A stretch of 64,000 nucleotides of DNA from Nemertoderma westbladi (lineage: Eukaryota; Animalia; Xenacoelomorpha), in the NCBI GenBank assembly GCA_032718475.1, contig JAUCBJ010008260.1:1-64000 (forward strand). The letters are read 5' to 3'. This document shows positions 13,020-24,598 of the stretch, piece by piece; the stretch's first letter is position 1; each line of letters opens with the position of its first letter. The notes beneath the pieces are model-generated. The model did not search any database, had not been told where the DNA came from, and worked only from the letters and a program-made list of their open reading frames with translations. The position numbers and the translations under genes were made by a program.

Positions 13020-14543
13020 TGCTAATTTCTGACTTTAAAAGTTTTATTCAAATCAAGGTTTTTATATTTAACCAATACCTGTACCGGTTGCCGGTAGGCC
13101 TATTAAACTAAGAGATAATACTAAGAAAACAGGAACTTAAAATGCAAGGTTAATAGCTTACCGGTAATACATTATGCAAAAGTCAGATAGTTGCAAACTA
13201 AAAGTAAAATTAAAATAAAATATTTATGTTATTCATCAATCATACTACATGTTTGGGGTGGGGTCTATGTGGAGAGTGGAGGGAGCCGGACTGCCGGATG
13301 GTAAAATTACATTACACGGGGTTACTTTCTGACTTTACCGTGGGTGATGGACTGAGACTGAGGGAGGCTCTACCTACATAGATACCGGTAATGTACGGTA
13401 CTTGACTTTCAAAATAAAATGCATTTAGATATTTAAGAAAAAGGGGATAATTAATTGGCAAGTTAAATTCACTTCTACAAGAGTTCTATTTTGTATTTTG
13501 CTAACCCGTTTACGTTGTGTAATTTGCTGAGAATTTATTGTAGGCCTACTAGTTTTTAGGCCAACAATTGGACAATTGGTAATTTATGTCGAATTTATGA
13601 CCTCCGCACTCTTACATCGAAAATTGCAAACTCTCTAACATACAGACATAGGCCTATGCAACATTGAATAGTTGTGATCAATGGCGAATAAATTTGGCAC
13701 TCGATATTTTAAATTGCAAATTAAACGTGAGTTCAGTAGATAATTTTGACTAATCCTGTAATCAGAATTAAACGAGATTTTAAACTACGTGGTTACTTCT
13801 TAGGCCTAACAGCCTAATTAGTTATTTTTCACTTATAGGCAGATAGGTCACCACCATGTGCCATGCAGCCATGTTTTCTTTGTATGCCTGCCTATAGTCA
13901 TCGCAATTTCTGTGTTATGATTTATACGTCTGTCTGTACCGGTACCGGTACATTATATGTTTAAATTATGTGCAATTTGTTATGAAAGAAATAAATATGC
14001 TATGTTATGTACCAAAGACGAAAATTAAAGCTAACAGCACCAACAGAGATGGCTGGATGGTATGTCTAAATTATCCAACTGTCACTCTCTTTGTCTGTTT
14101 GTTGTCTTAGTTTGTTTACCCACTATGTTACCTTATATTTATTTCAGTACCGGTATTTGTCTGTTTGTGCTACCGTATTCGGCTTATTTACATACGGTGT
14201 CGTACTTATAAGATTATAATAAATTATAGCCTAATGCTGTACAGCTGTAATGTACGAACTGACGAAATTAAATAATAATAATATGTAATACATAATACCG
14301 GACACCGGTCAGCCGGTAGCGCTGCAGCACAGCAAAGGGATTCTACAACATCTGAAGGACTGGCAGAGGTAAACCAGTAAACAGCTAAATTACCTCTATC
14401 TGTTTAGTGCTCTAGCTGGGTCCACTCAGGAGCCAGGACACAGTCTCAACGAATTCAGGAATTATTGCTGTATTGCTGTATTGTACATCCATGACGCGCC
14501 CATACAATTACCCGGTACCGGTACCGGCACTCACTAGGATGGC

Positions 14544-16122
14544 TAAAACGTCTGTCCTTATTATATTAAGGTAATTTGTATGGGCTGATCTGATCTGATC
14601 TGACGATATCTGACACTTGTTTCCACCTTAGTCAGTTAGTGTTGTGGTTTATACTATTAGTTTATACTTATATGAACAAGGTACGAAACGAATACAGTAT
14701 GTTTCGAGTTTTATAACGCCAATAAAACCAAAACGGTGACTTAGATAAAACGCGGACGTAGAGTAGGCCTATTTGGAATCAGTGTATGTAAATGCGCCAT
14801 GCGATAAAACACGGACGTAGAGTATTTGTAATCAGTGTATGTAAATGCGGCGCCATGTGGAGTTTCAGAGTTTCACAGGATTCCGTTTCCCAGCGAAAAA
14901 ATAAACACATCGGAAAGGAATTTGACACATTCACTATCATTAAGGAACTTTCGTATTTTCGACCATCTTCCCAATCAGCCTGGGAAAATTCACATGAGGG
15001 GTATTTTTGTATTCACGTGCTGCGCGATGTCCTTTATTATTTTTTGAGGGGGATGATCTGTTGATCGGTCAGTCGGACGGTTAGTAAGAAGGTGGGTGGA
15101 TAGGAAGGTGGCAGGATGGTTGTTTATTTGTTTTGGTTAGAATAAGACAGCTTCGGTAACATTATCTTTTCCCTCAATTGATAGGAAACAAAATCGTTTA
15201 TTGTCTTGGTTAGAAAAGCCTGCCTCTGAAACCTGCTCCTTTCCTTCAATTATGGTAGATATCAACAAATTTTATTGTTTGATTAGAAAAGCCCGCCCCT
15301 GTAACCTGCTCCTTTCCCTCAATTTCAGAATTTGTAGGTAACAACGTCGTTTATTGTTTTGGTTAGAAATTTCCGGCTCTTTTCCTTCAATTGGAAGGTA
15401 AAGGTAACAACAGCGTTTATTGATTCCCACATTCCCATCCACCTTCCCATATTCCTTCATCGTCTGGGTATAAACTCCTCTATATCCAGCTGGCAATCAT
15501 GGCAATATGGGGCATGTCTGCATGTTAAGTGTTTCGTCGCCATATTCGGCAGTACAGATACCCCTTCCTGCCTTCTGCCTTCCCTTTAGAGTAACAAACA
15601 AACAATACATATTTTAAATGTAATATATTAATACAGTAATAAGTATCATTATTTAATAATATTAATTATAATTAATTACCTTTAACTATTAATAATGATA
15701 ACTACTGTATTAACAAGAAAGATTTACCAAAATATTGCAGCAAAGGCTGTATTGTTTTTAATAAAATATTTAATGTTTTAACACCAACTAAATCTATAAA
15801 AGTTGTTTACATCTGAAACTATCCATCTTTGCTGGGGCAATCACACAAATTTCATACCCGCCATCCTTCATCCTACAGTATATATCGCATTTTTAATTAA
15901 TAACATGCCTTGCTGCATACCGGTATGACTGCTCTGCTATATCATAAGACGATACTGATAGGTCTATGTAACAGGGCAACGTGAAACGCGATCCCCTATT
16001 GCTGTATTGATTATTTACTTAACAGACAGTTACAGTAGGTAAATATTATCTTTCTCCTGATTGGTTATAGGATCAGATGCCGCCAGATCCAGAGATCAGA
16101 TCAGTTAAGGACAGACGTTTTA
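14544..16122. mobile_element. Region bounded by a perfect 17-bp inverted repeat (probable non-autonomous DNA transposon); contains ~70-bp subrepeats at 15120-15420
   Basis: taaaacgtctgtcctta (14544-14560) and taaggacagacgtttta (16106-16122), with subterminal ctgat/atcag repeats. Confidence 0.5.
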
Positions 16123-16383
16123 TTCTACCTCCGCACGCACGCAGTAGGGTTCTCCTGTACAACTGTACGCCGAACACGTTCCGCGCAGTATTTCAACTTA
16201 CGCAGGGAGCTGGCGCAGAAATGTGCTAATGTGAAGGGCTGGTGCAGAGATGTCATGGATGAACTGCCGATGCGCCGGGGCAGCCCAGCCAGCGTAGCAT
16301 CGGCAATGGGAGAAATTCTGAGCTCGGCGCGGTATTTGAATTGATGGCGTAGCTTTCCACCAAGCCGCGCTACAGCTCTACGC

Positions 16384-16628
16384 ACTACCCTCGGCTATGT
16401 AAGCACCCTGCCCTACCCTCACCCATGTAAGTACCCTGCCCTGCCCTCGCCTATGTAAGCACCATGCCCTACTCGCGGCTCCGTAAGCACCCCGCCCTAC
16501 CCTCGGCTATGTAAGCACCCGGCCCTGTCATCGCCTAGTAAGCACCCTGCCCTACCCTCGCGTAGTAGGCTAAGCACCCTATCCTCAGCGCCTCGGCTAT
16601 GTAAGCACCCTGTCCTTACCCTCGCCTA
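16384..16628. repeat. ~28-bp minisatellite (ctaccctcggctatgtaagcaccctgcc), ~9 units
   Basis: Direct reading. Confidence 0.9.
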
Positions 16629-16644
16629 AACTGGCACCAACAAA

Positions 16645-16865
16645 TAAAGTTGGTGCCAGTTCCCAAGAAGGGCAACCTAACACTATGTTTATTTTCGGGT
16701 ATCTCCTTGATCTCGATTGCTGCAAAACTATACAATATAATTATATTAAATCGCATCAGGGATCCCATTGAGAGACTGCTCCATGGAAATCAGAATGGGT
16801 TCTGTAAAGGTCGTGAGACCATGGAGCCCATTTTGGCACTTAGAAGGATAATTGAAGAGTTATAA
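16645..16865 (+). mobile_element. RTE-clade LINE reverse-transcriptase fragment (N-terminal part)
   Basis: VPVPKKGNL..GISLISIAAKLYN..ILNRI..NQNGF..LALRRIIEE. Confidence 0.85.
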
Positions 16866-17439
16866 AAAAAGTGCCGTTTAAAGTAAAAAGTTTTTAAAGT
16901 TTTTACTTGCCGTAAAAAGGGCCGGATTAAGATTATCAGGGTATTTAAAAGGGCCATTTCCGACGGCAGAAAAATAACGTGAAAAACGAATACAGTATGC
17001 AATTTAGTAACCAAGTTAGCAGGTTAAATGTTACACAAAAAACTAAACTAAAAAAACTAAAAAAAAAGGAAAGGAAATTAAAAATACTGACTTTAAGTTC
17101 TTTGATGGCATTAATTGTCCGTCCAGGGGGGGGGGGGGGGGGTTCTATAAAATATGGAGTGGTCAATATTATTGGATGGTTTCAATACAATCAGAGCTGC
17201 TTCAATGCCCCTAGGCAGTAAATTTCAAATTTTGACCACAATTTCTAACATTATTAAGAATTCCGCAATTAGAATTCCACAGTAATTTAAAATTGTATAA
17301 AGGAACCTGTGAATGAACTTTTGAGATAGTTTAGTTATCAATGTTTATAGTCTACATAGCCGAAATTTTACTGAAATAAATTTTATTGAAATATCGTCGA
17401 ATGGGCCCAATGGGCCGTATTCTTTAACCATGTTATGCC

Positions 17440-17510
17440 ATGGCATTGTGGTTTAATCCGCTGCCCTGAATTTATATCTCTGGTTCCAGAGGTTGTGGGT
17501 TCGAGCCATT
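17440..17510 (+). mobile_element. Degenerate tRNA-derived SINE head
   Basis: A-box-like tggcattgtgg and B-box-like ggttcgagcc; no full cloverleaf. Confidence 0.35.
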
Positions 17511-18087
17511 TGTTTGGTTATGTAAGAAACAAAAACGATATTATCAGTCTAAATAATTGACTATTGGCAATTTGGACGAATTTAATTTCTATTAAATATT
17601 CCTGACAACAATAAACGATAACGTGAACACGTTAGGGCTTCCCTCCGTGCGTTTATGGGGCTTTACACAGCAGTCTAGCACACAGCAGGGAACTAGTCAC
17701 TCCTCCTAGCGGCTGACAGAGGAAATATGGATGTCTGTCAATGAGGAGAGTTCCTAAATCTCTTATAGACTAATTATACCGCTACACACAAGGCTTACCT
17801 TGACTTTATAGCTCGTTTTACATTGTAAATGCGGGCGAAGCGAGCGGAAATTTTTTGGAAAACCTGTTTATAACTTTGTGATATAAAATAGAAGTTTTGT
17901 GCCGAGCGGGGTCTTTTAAGGATTACTTTTGTATTACTCATCCACTCATCGGTAATTCCCGAGCCCGTTTCAAGACGGGGCCCCTGGTTACAGCCTACCG
18001 GCACTAAGTTTTTGAAAGGGCCGATTCAGTCGCTTGGGCCGAGGGCTGCAGCCCACGGCCACACAGCCTCCCCCTTATCCAGGCCTG

Positions 18088-18476
18088 AGGGAGCCCAACG
18101 GCTCCTCAGCTCATTAGAACAGGCTGCTTGCTTCTAGTGTAGGTCTTTTTATTAACTCCAAAAAGACCAACATTTTGACAGTTAACTTTGAAAGTCCTCA
18201 GCAAGTCTCTAAGTCTCTCATAAGCTCAAATGATGGTATGCTTGAGCATGTGGACGTCTTCTGTTACCCGGGATCATGGATCCGGAAGTCAGGTGAGGAC
18301 CTTCGAATACGTACGGGGGAGGCATGGGCAGCATTTAATCGGCTTTCCAGGATTTGGAAGTCAAATAGAATTCATCGGAAACTTAAGGTATGATTATTTA
18401 GCATTTAGAGCAGTAGTAGTTTGAGGCTGGGCTCTAACTGCTGAGGACACCAAATCTCTGGATGGCACATTCACGT
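18088..18476 (+). mobile_element. RTE-clade LINE fragment (RT C-terminal part)
   Basis: GLFINSKKT..LEHVDVFCYPGSW..AWAAFNRLSRIWKS..WALTAEDTKSLDGTFT, with stops. Confidence 0.8.
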
Positions 18477-19292
18477 TAAATAAATAAATAAATAAAATAA
18501 ATAATAACCCCACGTTAAATAAATATATATTCGTCATAGAAGATCCCTCCGGAAATCGAAGTCGAAAAAGAAAACATAATATTAGCGTAATAGGAAATAT
18601 ATGTTCTGGAATGATTTCACGACATGGGCTCCAACTGATTGCCATAAAGGCCCTTACATCATATTATTATTATTTGTGATTTACATTGCTTATCGCGATT
18701 TGAGGGCGGGGCCAGTTCACGATGCGTCCTAGTAGTGAGGTCGGGGTCGGCCTACTCACATGTATGTATTCCAGACGCTCCATAGACTGAGTATAACCAA
18801 TTGCTATTGTTTAGGTTTAGCTCACAATACGGCTCGCCCCATAATATGGAAACATTTGTGTACATAATCGAAATGTTAAGGAATTATAATGGGATTAATG
18901 ACATTAGTGAGCCAATCCAATAGCTATGCTATGCTGAAGAATAACGCTCAATAACAGCAATGTTTTCATCTTTAGCTGCAGCGGCCATCAGCTGATAACA
19001 ATATTGGGTGCTGATTGGTCTTCCCTTTGGTCTCCAGAGCAACCCCTAGCAATTGCCTTCCCTGTTCAATTAGGCAACTGTATGATTTGTTTGTTGTGAT
19101 AAAAAAAAAGAGAACCCTTGATTGGCTACCTCGTTCTGATAGTGGATAATAAATACTGGACAGGCTGACTGAGTTTTTTTTACTTAATTTAAAATGTATA
19201 GGGGATTGTTTATGTTTTACCAGTTTGTTTTTCGAGATATGTTTGAGCCGATCGAATCAAACTGTTAAATAAGTAAATATTTACCATCAACC

Positions 19293-20294
19293 ATGGATAG
19301 TTTTAGCTGTCCTCAGGGGTCTAATAACGCGGAGCAGACCAATAATTCGACGAAAAATTCCAACCAATCCGGGGCGACCAATGACATCATTATGGACGTC
19401 AAAACGGCGGCGTTGGCTCGGCGCCGTAAACGATGCTGTTCCGAGTCGGACAGTCGGATCCACTGGGCGACTCCGAGCCCGAGCATCAGCCAGTTAAAGA
19501 AAGCCGTTGAGACGCTGTGCGACCAACCCAAACAACGACGGAAACGAAAACGCCGCAACCGGCAACCGGAGAAAAGCAACGTGCCGCGCGCCCCGGAGAA
19601 CACCACGCAGTTCCTAATGGCGGACCACGAGTTGGAGTCCGGTACCGGGATGAAGATCGACAACACTCCGACGAGCGCAGCGACGGGCGGGGGCATGGCG
19701 TTGCTGTCGAGCGCGGACTACGGGTCCAGCGACTGCAGCAGTGGGATCGAAGAGCAGGACGACGAGTTACACGAGAGATTCTACGAGGAAGACTTTAAGA
19801 AGACTTGGAGTCAGGTACACAGCGACGAGTTGTATACCCTCCCGAAACCGACGCTCATAAAGGCCTACATGAATATGGAAGACAAACTCACTGATAAACT
19901 TGCTTTTATGGAACTCGAATTGAAACGTTCTCAGGTCGCTCTACAGACCTCGGTCTCTAAGAACGACGCACTCAAACGGGCCAACTCCGAACTTATTAAA
20001 AAGTGTCAACAATTCGAGTTACGTAACTCAGAACTTTCTATCACTCTTGGCCAACAGCTGATGAAGTCGCCCCCCCATCGGTCCCCCCACCACGCTGCGG
20101 TTTCCCCCTCCCATCGGTCCCCCCATCACCCCGTGTCCCCCTCCTCCCATCGGTCGACCCCGCCCCATCGCTACCAACTCAGGGAGTCCCCACGTTCTTC
20201 GCCCCCCAAGCAGCCATCTTCCCCCGCCTACCAGTACAGTCCCACAACCGAGTACAGTCCCGCGAGAAAAACTTCGGCATCCAGTCCCATCTGA
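19293..20294 (+). CDS. HEXIM: HEXIM-family P-TEFb regulator (divergent)
   Basis: Basic tract RRKRKRRNR, then APENTTQFLM (canonical APYNTTQFLM), acidic stretch, FYEEDFKKTWSQVHSDELYTLPKPTLIKAYMNME and a coiled coil, in HEXIM domain order. Confidence 0.85.
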   Translation: MDSFSCPQGSNNAEQTNNSTKNSNQSGATNDIIMDVKTAALARRRKRCCSESDSRIHWATPSPSISQLKKAVETLCDQPKQRRKRKRRNRQPEKSNVPRAPENTTQFLMADHELESGTGMKIDNTPTSAATGGGMALLSSADYGSSDCSSGIEEQDDELHERFYEEDFKKTWSQVHSDELYTLPKPTLIKAYMNMEDKLTDKLAFMELELKRSQVALQTSVSKNDALKRANSELIKKCQQFELRNSELSITLGQQLMKSPPHRSPHHAAVSPSHRSPHHPVSPSSHRSTPPHRYQLRESPRSSPPKQPSSPAYQYSPTTEYSPARKTSASSPI

Positions 20295-20313
20295 CCGATC
20301 CTGTAGTAATTGT

Positions 20314-21393
20314 AAAACCATGATACTATCTCTGGAACCACGTGACTCTCTAAAACCACGTGACTCTCTCTGGAACCACGTGACTCTCTGGTACCACGTG
20401 ACTCTCTCTAGAACCACGTGACTCTCTCTGGAACCACGTGACTCTCTCTCGTACCACGTGACTCTCCCTGGAACCACGTGGCTCTCTCTGGAACCACGTG
20501 ACTCTCTCTAGAACCCCGTGACTCTCTCTGGAACCACGTGACTCTCTCTGGAACCACGTGACTCTCTGGAACCACGTGACTCTCTCTGGAACAACGTGGC
20601 TCTCTCTGGAACCACGTGACTCTCTCTAGAACCCCGTGACTCTCTCTCGAACCACGTGACTCTCCCTGGAACCACGTGGCTCTCTCTAGAACCACGTGGC
20701 TCTCTCTGGAACCACGTGACTCTCTCTGGAACCACGTGAGTCTCTCTCGAACCACGTGACTCTCCCTGGAACCACGTGGCTCTCTCTAGAACCACGTGGC
20801 TCTCTCTAGAACCACGTGGCTCTCTCTAGAACCACGTGGCTCTCTCTGGAACCACGTGAGTCTCTCTAGAACCCCGTGACTCTCTCTGGAACCACGTGAC
20901 TCTCTCTGGAACCACGTGACTCTCTGGAACCACGTGACTCTCTCTGGAACAGCGTGGCTCTCTCTGGAACCACGTGACTCTCTCTAGAACCCCGTGACTC
21001 TCTCTCGAACCACGTGACTCTCCCTGGAACCACGTGGCTCTCTCTAGAACCACGTGGCTCTCTCTGGAACCACGTGACTCTCTCTGGAACCACGTGAGTC
21101 TCTCTCGAACCACGTGACTCTCCCTGGAACCACGTGGCTCTCTCTAGAACCACGTGGCTCTCTCTAGAACCACGTGGCTCTCTCTGGAACCACATGACTC
21201 TTTCTAGAACCACGTGACTCTCTCTCGAACCACGTGAGTCTCCCTGGAACCACGTGACTCTCCCTGGAACCACGTGACTCTCTCTAGAACCACGTGACTC
21301 TCTCTAGAATCATGTGACTCTCTGGAACCACGTGACTCTCTCTGGAACCACGTGACTCTCTCTGGAACCACGTGACTATCCGCGGAACCATGT
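20314..21393. repeat. 20-bp minisatellite ggaaccacgtgactctctct, ~52 units, with a 358-bp higher-order duplication
   Basis: Direct reading; rare variants recur at offset 358 (gaaccccgtg at 20511/20869; acaacgtgg/acagcgtgg at 20591/20949). Confidence 0.97.
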
Positions 21394-24300
21394 AAGAATA
21401 TAACAACCACACAATTTCCATGTAATGACGTGATTATAGTTTTATCCCACATACAGTCACGTGACTATGGGTAGAATACGTGACTGACTTACAACCATTG
21501 GAAACACGTGACTGACTAACAACCATTGGAAACACGTGACTTCTATGTGTGGTATAATCACGCGACTATTCACTGACATCGGGCACTTTTTATTATTTTT
21601 AGGAATTATATTATACTTAGTTTCATTTCATTAGGGGTGAGTGGTATGCTAATATTATAGTATTTGTATTGTATTACTAACATATTTGTTATTTAAATAT
21701 ATATAAATATAAATATATGTTATTTAAATAAATCTTGACAACATTATGCTGAAAGACCTTTTCAGTGGGGCTGTATGTACATAAATTACTTCCTTTTTTC
21801 AGGGATTTTAATCTCGGACTTTACATCACTTCCCGCTATGATTTATATAATTTAAACCTCCTTGCAACAATTTTTGTTTATTTTTTCAACAAATTTAAAA
21901 TTTATGCAGTGTTGTGTTTTATTTATAGCAAGAGTTATAAATTTTCTCACAAATTGTCACGTCTGTCTAACTTACACGCAAGTATAACAGGTCTGTCACG
22001 AATTTGTTTTTGTTCACTGACGAACGGAAGCCTTAGTATATAGATTAGTTTATTTAAGAGTTTACGATATTCTGGTTCATAATAGTAAGTTTATGTTTTA
22101 TATACGTATTGTTTTTTGTTTTTGATATGTTTATTTTGAACTCTTCTAACCAATATGTCACGAACGCAATATTGGCCATTAATGCTGTTAGTGGCCCTTC
22201 GAGACATTCACAATAATTAAAAACATATTTCTTTTCATTGTTCTTTCGTTTTTAAATCAGACAAGATTTCTGTGTCTTTTGTATACAATTTCCGGTATAA
22301 TGTTAGTGTTTAGATATTAATTACTGATTCTTATGATTTGAGTTCATGATCATTATAATATTTTCGGTTAATTTATTTAATCGTTTGTAATCCAATCTTT
22401 CTGAGATTATGTAGAGTAGGTTTTATTGATTAAATTATTATAAATTGTTTTGGCTTTCAATTTAAACTTGATTATAATTTACGCGCCTGCAAAGTGGCCA
22501 AAATATCTGTACGATATTTCTATATTTCTATTTGTCAACAAATATCAAGACAGGGGGGAAACTGACGCAAATCCCATCTTGGCGAATTAATATCCCGCCT
22601 CAATGTTAAATTCTCAATTTAGGGAAAGGAACAGGTTACAGTGAAATGTTATTTTAACCAAAACAATAAACTAAACACAATAGGACAGGTTACAGTTTTA
22701 TTTTTGAGAGTAATCAGCTGTTATTTGCGTCGAATTTCCCCAGGAGAGGAATGAATTTTTATTGCGTCCAGCCCCCCCCCCCCCCCCCCCCCCTATCTGC
22801 AAATATCATTCGAAAGGTATTTGCGGTGCGAATATGATGACGGTCCGTGCCACGGTTAATTATTACGTCACACACAAACACATAGACCAAAATGTCGTGT
22901 TCGACGCCTTACTGATAATAAATAAATGGTTAATGGATTTTTGTAATGATATCAAATGTACCATTTAAAGAGAGGGGCAGTCCAAATCATAACTCATCGC
23001 TTTTCAGGAGAAAATCGACGCAAATAATTAATTTATTAAAGTTGATATATTTGGATAAGTGAATAATATGTTTTACATGGTAGCTTAAACGATATTGATT
23101 TACAGCCTGTAAATTTTAGTATATTTTAGGGAAACACCAAAATCGCGACCTTTTCGACTTCACCAATCTATCATCTCATTCAACTGATTCTCTAACGTAC
23201 ACAATTATATTGCTGTTTAGGCAAAGTGGAAAATTCTTAATTTAATGTCATATACGTTTTACTTTATTACATTTATGTAAAAATCAACTTTGAAGTGTAA
23301 GCAAGGCAACGATTTGGCCACTGTGCTGGAAATTCACCCTCTTTTTAGTTTTATGTAGTAATGTTCTCTGTTTTCATTAGTTTTCGTTTGTAATTGAATT
23401 ACGATTTTATACATAATCGTGTGAAATGTAACACTTTTTTGAGCGTTATGACCTGCGTGCGCATCTATGAACTTTACACACTATGATGTCCAGAATTTTG
23501 GTACATCATGTCAACTTATCGGCGTTCTGAACCTTTAACTATTAATTTTATTTAACATTGTTTCAGAATGAAATGTTGATTTCTTGATGACATTTGGACA
23601 CAGTAATCACAAGCTTGGTGACTTCAAATGTATTGGTCAGAATTTTAAAATTTTGATCCTAACTCATTTTATTGGCTTCGAAATGTGAAAAATGCTAATT
23701 TTTTAAAAAAAATATGAAAATAATTAATTAATTTGGTAATAAAATTGGAAATAATCAATATCAAAAAATGTCCACCAATACTTTTATTCAACACTATATC
23801 CTAATTATACATACGAAATAACTCGTTATATAACTAATGTTTGTTCGAGGAGTAGTGTTTTTAGTAATAATAGTAATAATTTTATGCTACTAAATAGCAC
23901 TAAATTATTATAACTATATTACAAAAAAATTTTTTAAAACAACCTTCAGTTATCGATTGACCCTTATACCAAAAATTATTCATTTTGGACAAAGCCTTGC
24001 CCTGTTACTATTGGTTTTCATTGACTGTGTTAAAATAAAAACATAAATACATAAATAAAAACATAAATTTTCCATATAGTGAAATATTATAATCTGACGC
24101 TGTAAATGAAAGTGGCGGTTCCTTAAAATAAGTCTTACAATTAAATTAATATTAATTAATATTATATAATTATTACGAAAATTAATTTTGATATTAATAT
24201 AACATGTACTTTGATTATTCCAATTCCAACATTAAACTTATAAACATTGTACTGTATATTTGTTTAATCGTATAAATTATAATCAACTATTAATTAGTAT

Positions 24301-24598
24301 AATTTTAATAACAATTTGTTTTTGTTTGATTAATAATAATTTATGTATCCGAAATTTTAAGATAAGTTTCTTTATAGCTTAGTTATGTCGCTACATTAAT
24401 AGCATAACGTGTATTACAATGTAGCATTCATTTATAATGAAAAAAAGAAAGAAATATTTATTCATATTAATATATTTACAATTTCATAATTCGAAGTTAA
24501 ATTGGTAATTTTAATATAAAATAAGCTAATTTTTCTACGGTAGTTTATTTAAATACCGACAAAACAATTTGCAGAATTTTAACATAATAAGTGTTGAT

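Noticed and set aside
16866-18087. hAT-like element splitting the RTE (gggccggattaag ... cttatccaggcctg)
   Set aside because: TIR match is loose and no TSD could be found; not called as a feature
20028-21452. Minus-strand ORFs rich in RESHVV/RVTWFQ
   Set aside because: They are translations of the 20-bp minisatellite; no independent coding evidence
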